Below are positions 9,520-19,071 of a stretch of 38,628 bases of DNA, piece after piece. The notes under the pieces are model-generated. The model was not told the DNA's origin, searched no databases, and saw nothing but the letters and a program-made list of their open reading frames with translations. The position numbers were made by a program, and so were the translations under genes. Numbering within the stretch: position 1 is the first letter of the stretch; each line of letters starts with the position of its first letter. Source of the stretch: a bacterium. Lineage in GTDB: Bacteria; Bacteroidota; Ignavibacteria; Kapaibacteriales; UBA7675. The stretch spans positions 1-38,628 of the forward strand of contig JAUHYX010000002.1 of NCBI GenBank assembly GCA_030426285.1, read 5' to 3'.

Positions 9520-10085
9520 GGCATATCTGTTTCAGTATCTAAACCTTCTGCAGACAGGTACTCAGCAAGCCCTTCATTCATCCATAGTGGCAAGGAAACA
9601 TCAACGCGATTAATGATTGCCTGTTGAATGCTGCCACCGTAAAACATGTCATTCAACACCGCGTGAACAAGTTCGTGCTCAACCACATGTTCAAACTGCG
9701 ACCAGTTGCCTTGGAAAGGCACCACAACTCTGTTCTTGAACAGCTCGGTAACTCCGCCAACACCTTCACTCAAAAAAGAATGTACAACATTCGTTTGTTC
9801 AAAACCATTGTGAGAGTTGTAGACGATGAATGTTATGCGTTCGGTAATCGAAAAGCGTAATTCACGTTGAAATTCCTGTAACGCACGTTCTGCTACGACA
9901 CCAGCATACCGGGCGAGATACTCGCCTCCTTGGTGAAAATAGACGTCAAAATGATCTGTTTTAAGGTACTGCCAATCGAAATCTTGGTATTGCATTTTGT
10001 TCTTACCGAACTGGCCATACGCAGTCGACATACCTGATGCAAACACCAATAGAAACAATGCAATGAGCTTGAAAGTGGGCTTCAT
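9516..10085 (-). CDS. Signal peptide plus peptidase-MA-like (HExxH...E) domain; it looks like the N-terminal 189 aa of the same envelope protein as 7090..9519
   Basis: MKPTFKLIALFLLVFASGMSTAYGQ is a signal peptide. VEHELVHAV is HExxH, and WMNEGLAEY supplies the third ligand Glu. The ORF ends at a TGA that overlaps the ATG of the next ORF (ATGA at 9516-9519). Confidence 0.8.
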   Translation of the reverse strand: MKPTFKLIALFLLVFASGMSTAYGQFGKNKMQYQDFDWQYLKTDHFDVYFHQGGEYLARYAGVVAERALQEFQRELRFSITERITFIVYNSHNGFEQTNVVHSFLSEGVGGVTELFKNRVVVPFQGNWSQFEHVVEHELVHAVLNDMFYGGSIQQAIINRVDVSLPLWMNEGLAEYLSAEGLDTETDMP

Positions 10086-10188
10086 AGTTTTGGAGTATTA
10101 TGTACAAGATCATGAGTGAGTTGACCAGTAGAGAGACGAGTAACGTCTCAATACAATGTACGACAAACCAAACTACAAAAAGGTTTCG

Positions 10189-11004
10189 TTACGAAGGTGA
10201 CTTGTGTTGTAAAAAGTGATAGGCTTCTCTGGCGGCATTTTGCTCAGCCGACTTTTTATTACTCCCTTTGCCGACGCCGTATGACTTGCCTTGCAAATGA
10301 GCTTCAATCGTGAAAATTCTATCGTGATCAGGTCCCTCAGTTTGGACAACCTCGTATGTTGGAATTCCCATACCAACAGATTGGGTTAGCTCTAGCAGAA
10401 GACTCTTGTAATTGGAGTCTTTCATCAATCGCTTTTCGTCCATTATGTTACTCAGAACAGACTCAACGATGAATTTCTTGCAGTACTCGATACCGTGATC
10501 GAGGAACACGGCCGCAATCACTGCTTCCATTGCATCTGCAACTATAGACTTGTTGCCAGACTTTAGGGATTTTCCGGCGCTAGCACTGACAACGATAAAT
10601 GGTTTGAGACCAAGCTTTTCGGCACAATATGCCAAGCTCTGCTTATTGACTAACCGCGATCGAAGTTTCGTCAACTCGCCCTCACTTACATCGGAATGCA
10701 AGTAGAACAAGTACTCTGCGACAATCATACCGAGAATGGCATCGCCTAGAAACTCCATGCGTTCATTGGATGAAATCTTGGTTTCTGTTTCGGCAATTTG
10801 AAGGTAACTGCGATGTGTTAATGCTTGTTCGTACAAGCTTTTGTTGCGGATGGAAATATTGAGTATGGACTCGAGGTCAGAAACCTTTTCGGAGGTTAAA
10901 AAGCCGACTTCGGGAAACATGGCCTCATCCCACAAACGAACACGCTTGTCAGATGAGGCCAGCTTTAGAATCTTATTTCTCAGGTTCTGGATGACACCCA
11001 GCAT
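10189..11004 (-). CDS. rnc: Ribonuclease III
   Basis: Contains ALTHRSY, the ERMEFLGDAILG catalytic signature, and a C-terminal dsRBD (GPDHDRIFTIEAHL...GKGSNKKSAEQNAA). The long N-terminal leader resembles FCB-type RNase III. An alternative ATG lies at 10920. Confidence 0.93.
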   Translation of the reverse strand: MLGVIQNLRNKILKLASSDKRVRLWDEAMFPEVGFLTSEKVSDLESILNISIRNKSLYEQALTHRSYLQIAETETKISSNERMEFLGDAILGMIVAEYLFYLHSDVSEGELTKLRSRLVNKQSLAYCAEKLGLKPFIVVSASAGKSLKSGNKSIVADAMEAVIAAVFLDHGIEYCKKFIVESVLSNIMDEKRLMKDSNYKSLLLELTQSVGMGIPTYEVVQTEGPDHDRIFTIEAHLQGKSYGVGKGSNKKSAEQNAAREAYHFLQHKSPS

Positions 11005-11034
11005 TATTGAGTTCCGATGCTCCTACGTCGATCG

Positions 11035-12294
11035 TCAGTCCGTGTACTTCTTAAAGACCAGAGAAGCATTGTGTCCACCAAATCCAAACGTATTTGACAA
11101 CACTGCATTCAACTCGCGTTTAACGGGTTTGTTTGGAACATAGTCCAAGTCGCAATCAGGATCAGCTGTGGTGTAGTTGATCGTTGGTGGCACCATTCCT
11201 TCCTCAATTGCTTTTACGCAGGCTATTGCTTCAACAGCGCCCGCTGCACCGAGAAGGTGTCCGGTCATACTCTTGGTAGAGCTCACAACCAGATTTTTTG
11301 CGTGATCACCGAACACTGTTTTAATGGCCGCACTTTCGTTTCTATCATTAAATGGTGTTGATGTTCCATGCGCATTGATATAGTCAATATCTTCAGGCTG
11401 CAACCCGGCATCTTTGATAGCAATCTGCATTGAACGAACCGCACCTTCACCACCTTCTGCAGGTTGGGTAATATGGTATGCATCGTCTGTGAGGCCCATT
11501 CCCGACACTTCACAGTAGATTTTCGCGCCGCGCGCTTTAGCATGTTCTAGCGTTTCCATCACTAGAATACCGCCGCCTTCACCCATGACAAATCCATCAC
11601 GGTCTTTGTCAAACGGTCTGCTCGCACCGGCCGGATCGTCATTGCGTGTGCTCAAAGCTTTCATTGAGTTAAAACCACCAATACCCATCGGGCAAATCAC
11701 GGCTTCTGAACCACCTGCTAGGATTACATCCGCGTCACCCCGTTCGAGCAACATCATTGCATCTGCAATTGCCATGTTCGAGGTTGCGCAGGCAGCAACA
11801 GTTCCGTAGTTAGGTCCTTTGAAACCGTACTTAATAGCTATTTGTCCCGGCGAAATATCCGAGATAAGCATAGGAACAAAGAAAGGACTAATGCGGTCTG
11901 GCTTGCCATCGCGTTCAAAAAGGTTGGATTGCTGATTGTGGTATGTCCACATCCCGCCAATACCTGAACCGCACACAACACCAACGCGTTCTAAATCCAA
12001 TGTATCAAAATCAAATTTCGCGTCTTCTACAGCCATAATTGCAGAAGCCATCGCAAAAATTGTAAATGGATCCATGCGTCGTTGATCGCGAACCGTGAGA
12101 TACTGCGTTGCGTCAAAATCTTTTACTTCGCAGGCAAACTGAGTTTTGAATTCTGTGGCATCAAATTGCTTAATCGGAGCACCGCCCGATTTGCCTTCCA
12201 TCATGCCTTGCCAAAATTCTTGTACTGAATTACCGATTGGCGTAACAGCCCCCAATCCGGTAACGACAATTCTTTTCCTCTTGCTGTCAGACAT
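11035..12294 (-). CDS. fabF: 3-oxoacyl-ACP synthase II
   Basis: Contains RIVVTGLGAVTPIGN, the active-site ACATS, HGTSTP and GFGGHN. It sits directly downstream of acpP. Confidence 0.95.
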   Translation of the reverse strand: MSDSKRKRIVVTGLGAVTPIGNSVQEFWQGMMEGKSGGAPIKQFDATEFKTQFACEVKDFDATQYLTVRDQRRMDPFTIFAMASAIMAVEDAKFDFDTLDLERVGVVCGSGIGGMWTYHNQQSNLFERDGKPDRISPFFVPMLISDISPGQIAIKYGFKGPNYGTVAACATSNMAIADAMMLLERGDADVILAGGSEAVICPMGIGGFNSMKALSTRNDDPAGASRPFDKDRDGFVMGEGGGILVMETLEHAKARGAKIYCEVSGMGLTDDAYHITQPAEGGEGAVRSMQIAIKDAGLQPEDIDYINAHGTSTPFNDRNESAAIKTVFGDHAKNLVVSSTKSMTGHLLGAAGAVEAIACVKAIEEGMVPPTINYTTADPDCDLDYVPNKPVKRELNAVLSNTFGFGGHNASLVFKKYTD

Positions 12295-12412
12295 CTTCTG
12301 TCCTGTATAATTCTGTTTTGGGATACAATCAACGAGTCTTCCAACTCTCTGGCTGAAAGACTCATCGAACGTTACGTCAGTATTATCCGACGCTATTCAT
12401 TTGCCGATATTA

Positions 12413-12649
12413 TTAACCGGCGTTCTTCTCAAGATAAGAAACAGCGTCGCCGACAGTCTGAATCTTCTCAGCGTCACTGTCCTCAATAGAGGTGTCAAAC
12501 TCGCGTTCGAAGTCCATGATAAGTTCTACTGTATCGAGTGAGTCAGCACCGAGATCATTTGTGAATGATGCTTCTGGCTTTACTTGTGACTCTTCTACAC
12601 CGAGTTTGTCTACGATAATCTGCGTTACGCGTTCTGCAACGGTTGACAT
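12413..12649 (-). CDS. acpP: Acyl carrier protein
   Basis: Product is 78 aa with the [14 protein letters not shown] phosphopantetheine attachment motif. Confidence 0.97.
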   Translation of the reverse strand: MSTVAERVTQIIVDKLGVEESQVKPEASFTNDLGADSLDTVELIMDFEREFDTSIEDSDAEKIQTVGDAVSYLEKNAG

Positions 12650-12720
12650 TGTATGCCTCTACAGGTTAATACGTTAATAAGGGTTTATACTACGTTTAAG
12701 TTTAAGTCTATTCTCTATGT

Positions 12721-13467
12721 TTAGGCGGCCAATCCACCATCAACATTCAACACTTGTCCGGTTACATAACCGGAGGCATCAGAAAGGAAAAATGCAACCA
12801 CGGTAGCTACCTCTTCAGGTGTTGCCGAGCGTTGCATTGGAATATTCTTTTCGAATGCTTGAGTCTGCTCTTCTGTTAATTTGTCCGTCATGTCTGTTGC
12901 GACATAGCCCGGAGCAACGCAATTTACTAAAATATTACGAGAAGCAAGCTCCTTGGCCAATGACTTGGTCAGACCAATGAGACCTGCCTTAGATGCACTG
13001 TAGTTCACTTGTCCTGCATTTCCAGTCTGCCCTACAATAGAACCGATATTGACAATACGGCCATTGCGCTGCTTCATCATTGGGCGAGCTACAGCTCTAC
13101 TGGCGGTAAATGCCGATTTGAGATTTGTGTCGATAACCGCATCCCAATCTTCGTCCTTCATGCGCATCACCAATCCGTCTCTTGTGATACCGGCATTGTT
13201 TACAAGACCGTGAATTGCACCTTCGGCCTTGACCACTGTCTCGATGAGTGCTTGCACGTCGTCAGGACTCGCAACATCACACTTGTGGGATACAGCGCTA
13301 AGGTTTTTTGCCGCAAGATTGGCGACGATAGTGTCCGCATTTGCAGATGACGATCTATATGTGAAATGTACTTTAGCTCCTGCTGCGGCGCAGTGACGCA
13401 CAATCGCTTCACCAATACCACGCGAACCGCCAGTTACAACAATCACTTTGTCTTGAAGTGAACTCAT
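12721..13467 (-). CDS. fabG: 3-oxoacyl-ACP reductase
   Basis: Contains VTGGSRGIG, NNAG and YSASKAG (SDR catalytic YxxxK). It occupies the fabG position in the fab operon. Confidence 0.95.
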   Translation of the reverse strand: MSSLQDKVIVVTGGSRGIGEAIVRHCAAAGAKVHFTYRSSSANADTIVANLAAKNLSAVSHKCDVASPDDVQALIETVVKAEGAIHGLVNNAGITRDGLVMRMKDEDWDAVIDTNLKSAFTASRAVARPMMKQRNGRIVNIGSIVGQTGNAGQVNYSASKAGLIGLTKSLAKELASRNILVNCVAPGYVATDMTDKLTEEQTQAFEKNIPMQRSATPEEVATVVAFFLSDASGYVTGQVLNVDGGLAA

Positions 13468-13492
13468 AGTGTGTTTATCCCGATTTCGCTGT

Positions 13493-14413
13493 TTAACTCA
13501 ACAATTCAGACACTTGCTCAGCAGTGTCAAAACCTGAAATTTGTTTAGATCGATCAATGCGTTTTACAAGTCCTTGCAACACTTTACCAGGACCGAGCTC
13601 AACAAAACTCTCAACCCCACTATCAATCATTGCTTTGATGCTCTGCGTCCAGCGAACCGGTGAAACCAATTGCTGAACCAAGGCCTGCTTCAGTGCATCA
13701 GCGTCTGTAAGAGGTTGTGCTAAAGAGTTGACATACACAGGACAAGAAGCATCGTTGAATGTAATGTCGTTTATTGCAGCTTCTAACTCCATTTTTGCTG
13801 GTTGCATGAGCGGAGAGTGGAAGGCACCACTTACATTGAGCTCGACAACTTTTCTGGCTCCTGCATCTTTGAAAGCATGAGCATTCTTGCGCAGATATTC
13901 TGCGGTACCACTGACAACTACCTGTCCCGGTGAGTTGAAATTGGCTGCTACAACAACTCCTTCGGCAGAAGTTAGATTGCGGCAGAGTTGCTCTACTTCA
14001 TCGTCGTCAATGCCTAACACTGCGAACATAGTACCGGGTACTTGTTCCCCTGCTTTGAACATAAGCTGTCCGCGGAGAGAAACGAGTTTCAAAGCTTCCT
14101 CAAAGCCGATGACTCCAGCAGCGTACAATGCACTGTACTCACCGAGTGAGTGACCTGCAACTGCATCGCGGTTGAGTTTGTCTTTCAATAAATCGAATAG
14201 AGCTGCTTCGTGTAAAAACAAGGCCGGTTGTGTATATCGAGTTTCAGTCAAGGACTCTGTGGGTCCTTCCATGGCTATTGTGCCAATGCTGTACTCTAAA
14301 ATGTCGTTTGCTTGTTCGACCATACTTGCCACGCTCGGATAGGCCGCAGCTAAGTCTTTGATCATACCAACATATTGGGAACCTTGCCCGGAAAAAAGTA
14401 ATGCTTGTTTCAT
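13493..14413 (-). CDS. fabD: Malonyl CoA-ACP transacylase
   Basis: Contains FSGQGSQ, the GHSLGEYSA active site, and GAFHSPLM. Confidence 0.95.
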   Translation of the reverse strand: MKQALLFSGQGSQYVGMIKDLAAAYPSVASMVEQANDILEYSIGTIAMEGPTESLTETRYTQPALFLHEAALFDLLKDKLNRDAVAGHSLGEYSALYAAGVIGFEEALKLVSLRGQLMFKAGEQVPGTMFAVLGIDDDEVEQLCRNLTSAEGVVVAANFNSPGQVVVSGTAEYLRKNAHAFKDAGARKVVELNVSGAFHSPLMQPAKMELEAAINDITFNDASCPVYVNSLAQPLTDADALKQALVQQLVSPVRWTQSIKAMIDSGVESFVELGPGKVLQGLVKRIDRSKQISGFDTAEQVSELLS

Positions 14414-15405
14414 TTAATTGCCCATTTCAAGTAAATAGCACCCCATGTAAATCCAGCACCAAATGCTGCTAAGATGACATTGTCACCGTACTTCAATTGC
14501 CCATTCTTTTGCAATTCACTCAAGCAAATTGGAATGGTTCCTGAAGTTGTGTTACCAAACCGGTCGATATTGACAATGACTTTGTCGTCAGTAACACCCA
14601 TACGGCGAGCTGTAGCATCGATTATGCGCTTGTTGGCTTGGTGTGGAACCAACCACGCAACGTCGTCACCAGTGAGATTGTTGCGCTCCATAACTTCAGC
14701 GCTTACTTCGGCCATGCCTATAACTGCTTTCTTGAATACTGCTTGACCATCCTGAAACACGTAATGCTCTTTGTTGTCAACAGTTTCATGGGAGGCTGGT
14801 TTCCTGCTTCCGCCTGCTTTCATATGCAAATACGGCTCGCCCGAACCATCGATGTGTGTGATGGCATCTATAATTCCAACGTTTTCATCTTCTGAACGCT
14901 CTACAATTGCAACACCGGCACCGTCACCAAACAAAATGCTTGTAGTGCGGTCATCGTAGTTAAGGATTGAAGACATTTTGTCAGCGCCGCATACCATTAC
15001 CGTTTTTGCAACACCAGACTCAACAAATGCTCGTGCGCTGTTTAGGCCAAACAAAAACCCCGAACACGCAGCTGAGAGATCGTACCCCCATGCATTCTTC
15101 GCGCCAAGTTCACGTTGAACAATAGCCGCTGTGGGCGGAAACATCATGTCCGGAGTCACAGTGGTGACAATGATGATGTCAATATCTGCGGCTGTTTTAC
15201 CACAATTTTCAAGGGCTTCGCGAGCAGCAGGTAGGATCATATCTGACGTTGCTCCGTCAGTCATGATACGGCGTTCTTTAATTCCTGTTCGAGAGGTTAT
15301 CCACTCATCATTTGTGTCCATGCGCTCTGCAAACCACTGGTTGTCGTACACAGTGTCTGGTACATAATGAGCTATTGCAGTAAGTGCGGATCTATACTGT
15401 GGCAT
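14410..15405 (-). CDS. fabH: 3-oxoacyl-ACP synthase III
   Basis: Contains DLSAACSGF (active-site Cys), PHQAN, GNTTSGT and FGAGFTWG. Its stop overlaps the fabD start (ATGA). Confidence 0.95.
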   Translation of the reverse strand: MPQYRSALTAIAHYVPDTVYDNQWFAERMDTNDEWITSRTGIKERRIMTDGATSDMILPAAREALENCGKTAADIDIIIVTTVTPDMMFPPTAAIVQRELGAKNAWGYDLSAACSGFLFGLNSARAFVESGVAKTVMVCGADKMSSILNYDDRTTSILFGDGAGVAIVERSEDENVGIIDAITHIDGSGEPYLHMKAGGSRKPASHETVDNKEHYVFQDGQAVFKKAVIGMAEVSAEVMERNNLTGDDVAWLVPHQANKRIIDATARRMGVTDDKVIVNIDRFGNTTSGTIPICLSELQKNGQLKYGDNVILAAFGAGFTWGAIYLKWAIK

Positions 15406-15417
15406 GTTTGCGGTCCT

Positions 15418-16452
15418 TTAGTGTTCGGTACTTGCGGAAGCATTTTGCAATGCCTCTTCGATAGCTGCGTTTAAGCGCTTTTCATACATGGTGTACGCTT
15501 GAGATATCATATTGCGTACTGCAAGCCCGGAAGAGCTGCCGTGACCTATTATCACGCAACCACGAACGCCCAACAAGGGCACACCGCCGTGTTCTTCGTA
15601 GTTAAAATCGCTGAGCATGTTCTTGAGAACAGGCGCAACAACCGCAGCTTTTAACGTGTTAAACAAATTTTTCTTTGCGTATGCTTTGAGGCGATTCTTA
15701 AACAGATTCAAGAAACTCTCGCCAAATTTCAAGACGATGTTGCCAACGAAACCATCACAAACCACTACGTCTACCGACCGGTTCATGATGTCGCGTCCTT
15801 CTACATTGCCTACATAATGCAGGCCAGCGCTCTGAGCTTTCAATTCGAGAAGTTCGTCAGCTTCCTGTACAACCTTCGTACCCTTGCCTTTTTCTTCTCC
15901 AATATTCAAGAGGCCAACACGCGGCCGCGGAACTCCGAGAACGTGTCGAACGTATTCTGAACCCATCACGGCAAATTCAAACAAGTGTTGGGGTTTGTTG
16001 TCTGCATTGGCTCCAACATCCACCACAACGGTGTTCTTTCCGAATTCATGTGTGGGAAACATCGCTCCAATTGTTGGCCTTCCTGCTCCGCGAATTCTAC
16101 CGAGCATTAGTGTACCAACAGCCATCATTGCACCAGTATTGCCAGCAGATACAAAGGCATCTACATCACCATTCTTGTGAAGCAACATCCCTTGATATAA
16201 ACTGGAATCCCGCCGATGTTTGTACACTTCGGCGGGATCGTCTTCCGTCGCAATCACGTCTGTTGCACCGTGAATTGAAATTTTGCTTGTGTCACCACCT
16301 TGCTTTGCGAGTTCATCTCGCAGAGCCTGTTCTGGCCCCACCAACACAATTTCGAGATTCATGTGCGGAAAGTCGCGCAGTGCTTGAATTGCACCCGCTA
16401 CTTCACTTTCAGGAGCGTGATCGCTTCCCATCGCGTCTACGGCTATGCGCAT
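15418..16452 (-). CDS. plsX: Phosphate acyltransferase PlsX
   Basis: Contains MRIAVDAMGSDHAP, VSAGNTGA and GHGSS. It lies between rpmF and fabH, as in the canonical operon. Confidence 0.95.
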   Translation of the reverse strand: MRIAVDAMGSDHAPESEVAGAIQALRDFPHMNLEIVLVGPEQALRDELAKQGGDTSKISIHGATDVIATEDDPAEVYKHRRDSSLYQGMLLHKNGDVDAFVSAGNTGAMMAVGTLMLGRIRGAGRPTIGAMFPTHEFGKNTVVVDVGANADNKPQHLFEFAVMGSEYVRHVLGVPRPRVGLLNIGEEKGKGTKVVQEADELLELKAQSAGLHYVGNVEGRDIMNRSVDVVVCDGFVGNIVLKFGESFLNLFKNRLKAYAKKNLFNTLKAAVVAPVLKNMLSDFNYEEHGGVPLLGVRGCVIIGHGSSSGLAVRNMISQAYTMYEKRLNAAIEEALQNASASTEH

Positions 16453-16477
16453 ACGAATACTGAGTTAGAAACTGCCC

Positions 16478-16660
16478 TTACGCGGCAAATGTTTCGACAA
16501 CCTTGCGACCGTTGTAATATCCGCACTCTGGACATGCTGCGTGAGCGAGCTTCACAGAGTTGCAGTTCGGACATGATGCTGTTGTCGGCGCAACGGCTTT
16601 GTAATGCGTACGGCGCTTGTCGCGGCGAGACTTCGATATCTTTCGCTTTGGATGTGCCAT
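16478..16660 (-). CDS. rpmF: 50S ribosomal protein L32
   Basis: Starts [17 protein letters not shown] and has a CPNC...CPEC zinc ribbon. A GAGGG SD site is present. Confidence 0.95.
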   Translation of the reverse strand: MAHPKRKISKSRRDKRRTHYKAVAPTTASCPNCNSVKLAHAACPECGYYNGRKVVETFAA

Positions 16661-16678
16661 TGTTCCCTCTTTACACGT

Positions 16679-17233
16679 TCAATTATCGTTTGAATTAAAT
16701 TGAATCTTCTTTAATGCTTGCCATCGAGGATCAATTTCTTGATCTTCTTGTTCTTCGCTCTGAGGCGAGGATTGTGGCTTAGTTTGTTCTTCTTCTACGG
16801 TTATTCCAGGAATCACCTCTTCCAAAGGAAGATCGCGATACTCAGGTGCTATTCTGCGCATTGGCAGTTGCACAAGTAATTCTTGCCGAATTTCTTCTGT
16901 TATATCTATGTCTTCGTAATTGTTGAAGAGATACAACGGAGGTGGTGCGTCTGGCTCTTGTAATTCTGCCATTTCAGGGTTTACTTGATACACGAGCTTT
17001 ATTTCCGCTGTTATTGGCTCCTCAAATGAGTCTCCGCTGCGATCACAAATAAGTGTCGCATTACAACGCGCTGTACCCTGCACCACAAATGTGCTATTCT
17101 GCTTTGTCACGTCACCCTCAAACGAAATCAAGCCCGTAAACTCGTCCGTAATGAACGGTACTTTCTGCGCCTCTACATCAAGAGAATACGCCCTTGTACC
17201 GTTGGATAACCCGTGAATTTGAATTTTCAACAT
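16679..17233 (-). CDS. yceD: YceD/DUF177 family protein (large-subunit rRNA accumulation protein)
   Basis: It occupies the conserved position immediately upstream of rpmF, has an acidic C-terminal tail, and has DUF177-like length and pattern. I chose the ATG at 17233 over the TTG at 17248 used by the ORF track. Confidence 0.75.
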   Translation of the reverse strand: MLKIQIHGLSNGTRAYSLDVEAQKVPFITDEFTGLISFEGDVTKQNSTFVVQGTARCNATLICDRSGDSFEEPITAEIKLVYQVNPEMAELQEPDAPPPLYLFNNYEDIDITEEIRQELLVQLPMRRIAPEYRDLPLEEVIPGITVEEEQTKPQSSPQSEEQEDQEIDPRWQALKKIQFNSNDN

Positions 17234-17296
17234 GATTACAGCCCGCAAATATACAAAATTTTCGACTGTGTTACATAATAGAACCCAATGAGAGCT

Positions 17297-19036
17297 TTAT
17301 CCACCACAATTCTGCAGAGCCTCTTTGGCTGAGCTATTGTCTGGGTCCAATTTTACCGCTTTTCGGTATGCGGTACATGCTCCATCCATGTCGCCTGAAC
17401 TCTGTAGACCGATGCCTTTGTACAAAAAGGCTTGCGATTCTTCTGGATACTGAGCAATCCAGTTGTTGCAGAATTGCGTCAATCCACTCCAGTTTTCAGA
17501 CAGATAGTATCCGTTTGCTGCTAAGAGATGAAACTGAGGCACGACAACTTTGAGTCGCTCAACTTTCTGCAACCACGGCAATCCGATGGAAAACACGCGG
17601 GCAACCTCGTCGTATTGTTCAAGGGTTGTCAACACATTCATCATGTCCAAATACACTAAAGCGTTGGAGCTGTCGACGGCTGCTGCTTGGTTGAGAAAGA
17701 CCATAGCAGTATCAGGTTGTTCGAGCGATGTTGCACAGCGTCCCATGTAATACAACACGATGCTTTTTTCGTCTGCGTCCAAGTCGCAGTCTAATGCACG
17801 ACCATAGATTTCTAAGGCGTTTTTGTTGTCGTCTGTTTTGCGATACAAGTCTGCAAGAGCTCGTGTGAGTTTGCATTTGCGAGGTTGTGCATCTATTGTT
17901 TCTCGCATCAACACGATTGCGGATGTTGTGTCACCGGCATACAAGCTTGCACGAGAGTATCGCTCGAGATCATTGTTGTCAATGCTGCCGGCGTCGTACA
18001 TTACTTTGAATGCTGCAGCTGCTTCTTTGAAATTGTAAGAAGAATAGAGTGCACGTGCTTTCAGATTTTTAGCTTCATCGGCGCGCTCAGGGATATTGGC
18101 AATAACGTAGTCCATCTCCATTGCTGCGGTGTCAAAAAGTGCTTTGCGCAAGTCTTTGTCGGATCGCAAGCCACTTGCTGCATTGTACACACTTTCTGCC
18201 AAAAGCCAGCGAATGTCGTTGTCGTTCGGACGGAGCTCTAACACGCGTCTAAAAGCCGGTATGGCATTGTAATAACGCTTGGCCAAATACAGGATGCGTC
18301 CTTGCTCTTCAAATGCACGGCTGTTGTCTGGAGCTAGTACACCAACTTTACCCCATTGCAATAACTCGTCTTTGAAATACTGATTGCGGGTTTCTTGGTC
18401 CTGCCCTGGCTTCACGGCCATTTTGTGGTAACTACGAGCGAGTTTGATGCTCGGTTCCACAAGCGTTGAATCTCGCTTGAGGGCTTCTTCGTAGTTCTGA
18501 ATTGCCAATGCGAACACATTTTGCGAGTAGTAGAGGTCTCCCAAGGTCACATATGTGTCTGGTATCTTGTCATTGGTTTTGCGTGCTTGACGCAACGTTA
18601 AGTCGGCTTTTTGAAATTTTTGATCGATGATATACACTTGCGCCAAGGCCAATTGATTGTGTACGTCATCGGGGAAATCATAGATCAAATCTTCCAACAC
18701 TTCAACGGCTTCTTCCACATTGCCTGCATTTGCTAGTGCAATTGCGTATGGGCGGACTACACGCGGACTGTCGTCGATATCTTCTGCAATTGTATAAAAC
18801 AACAATGCTGAGTCATGGCGTTCAAGATCTGCAAATACAGCAGCGGTTTGCATCACGAGATCAAGATCTTTGCGATTCTCTTGAACAGCTTTCACCAACA
18901 GTGGTGCGGCCTTCTCATAGTCAAACACTTTGAGGTATTTTTCGGCTTCTTGACGTGCGTTCTGGGCAAACACGGTTGCACTGCTGAGAAGTGCGCACAA
19001 CACAATTGCAAATGTTGCTCCTTTCTTGCTACTCAT
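17297..19036 (-). CDS. Secreted tetratricopeptide-repeat protein
   Basis: Has a signal peptide (MSSKKGATFAIVLCALLSSATVFAQ) followed by many 34-aa TPR-like units (A..Y...L..P.N pattern). Confidence 0.85.
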   Translation of the reverse strand: MSSKKGATFAIVLCALLSSATVFAQNARQEAEKYLKVFDYEKAAPLLVKAVQENRKDLDLVMQTAAVFADLERHDSALLFYTIAEDIDDSPRVVRPYAIALANAGNVEEAVEVLEDLIYDFPDDVHNQLALAQVYIIDQKFQKADLTLRQARKTNDKIPDTYVTLGDLYYSQNVFALAIQNYEEALKRDSTLVEPSIKLARSYHKMAVKPGQDQETRNQYFKDELLQWGKVGVLAPDNSRAFEEQGRILYLAKRYYNAIPAFRRVLELRPNDNDIRWLLAESVYNAASGLRSDKDLRKALFDTAAMEMDYVIANIPERADEAKNLKARALYSSYNFKEAAAAFKVMYDAGSIDNNDLERYSRASLYAGDTTSAIVLMRETIDAQPRKCKLTRALADLYRKTDDNKNALEIYGRALDCDLDADEKSIVLYYMGRCATSLEQPDTAMVFLNQAAAVDSSNALVYLDMMNVLTTLEQYDEVARVFSIGLPWLQKVERLKVVVPQFHLLAANGYYLSENWSGLTQFCNNWIAQYPEESQAFLYKGIGLQSSGDMDGACTAYRKAVKLDPDNSSAKEALQNCGG

Positions 19037-19071
19037 AACTGGAATTTCTCTTGTAGTATGTTGTTAGTTTG

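Noticed and set aside
10133-10149. A small hairpin (gagacg-agtaa-cgtctc) downstream of rnc as a terminator
   Set aside because: It is only 6 bp and has no following U-tract.
12334-12363. A stem-loop (gagtctt...aagactc) in the acpP-fabF spacer as a terminator
   Set aside because: It is a 7-bp stem with a 16-nt loop and has no U-tract on the transcribed (minus) strand. It may be an mRNA processing or stability element, as is known for acpP-fabF junctions, but the sequence alone does not support a call.
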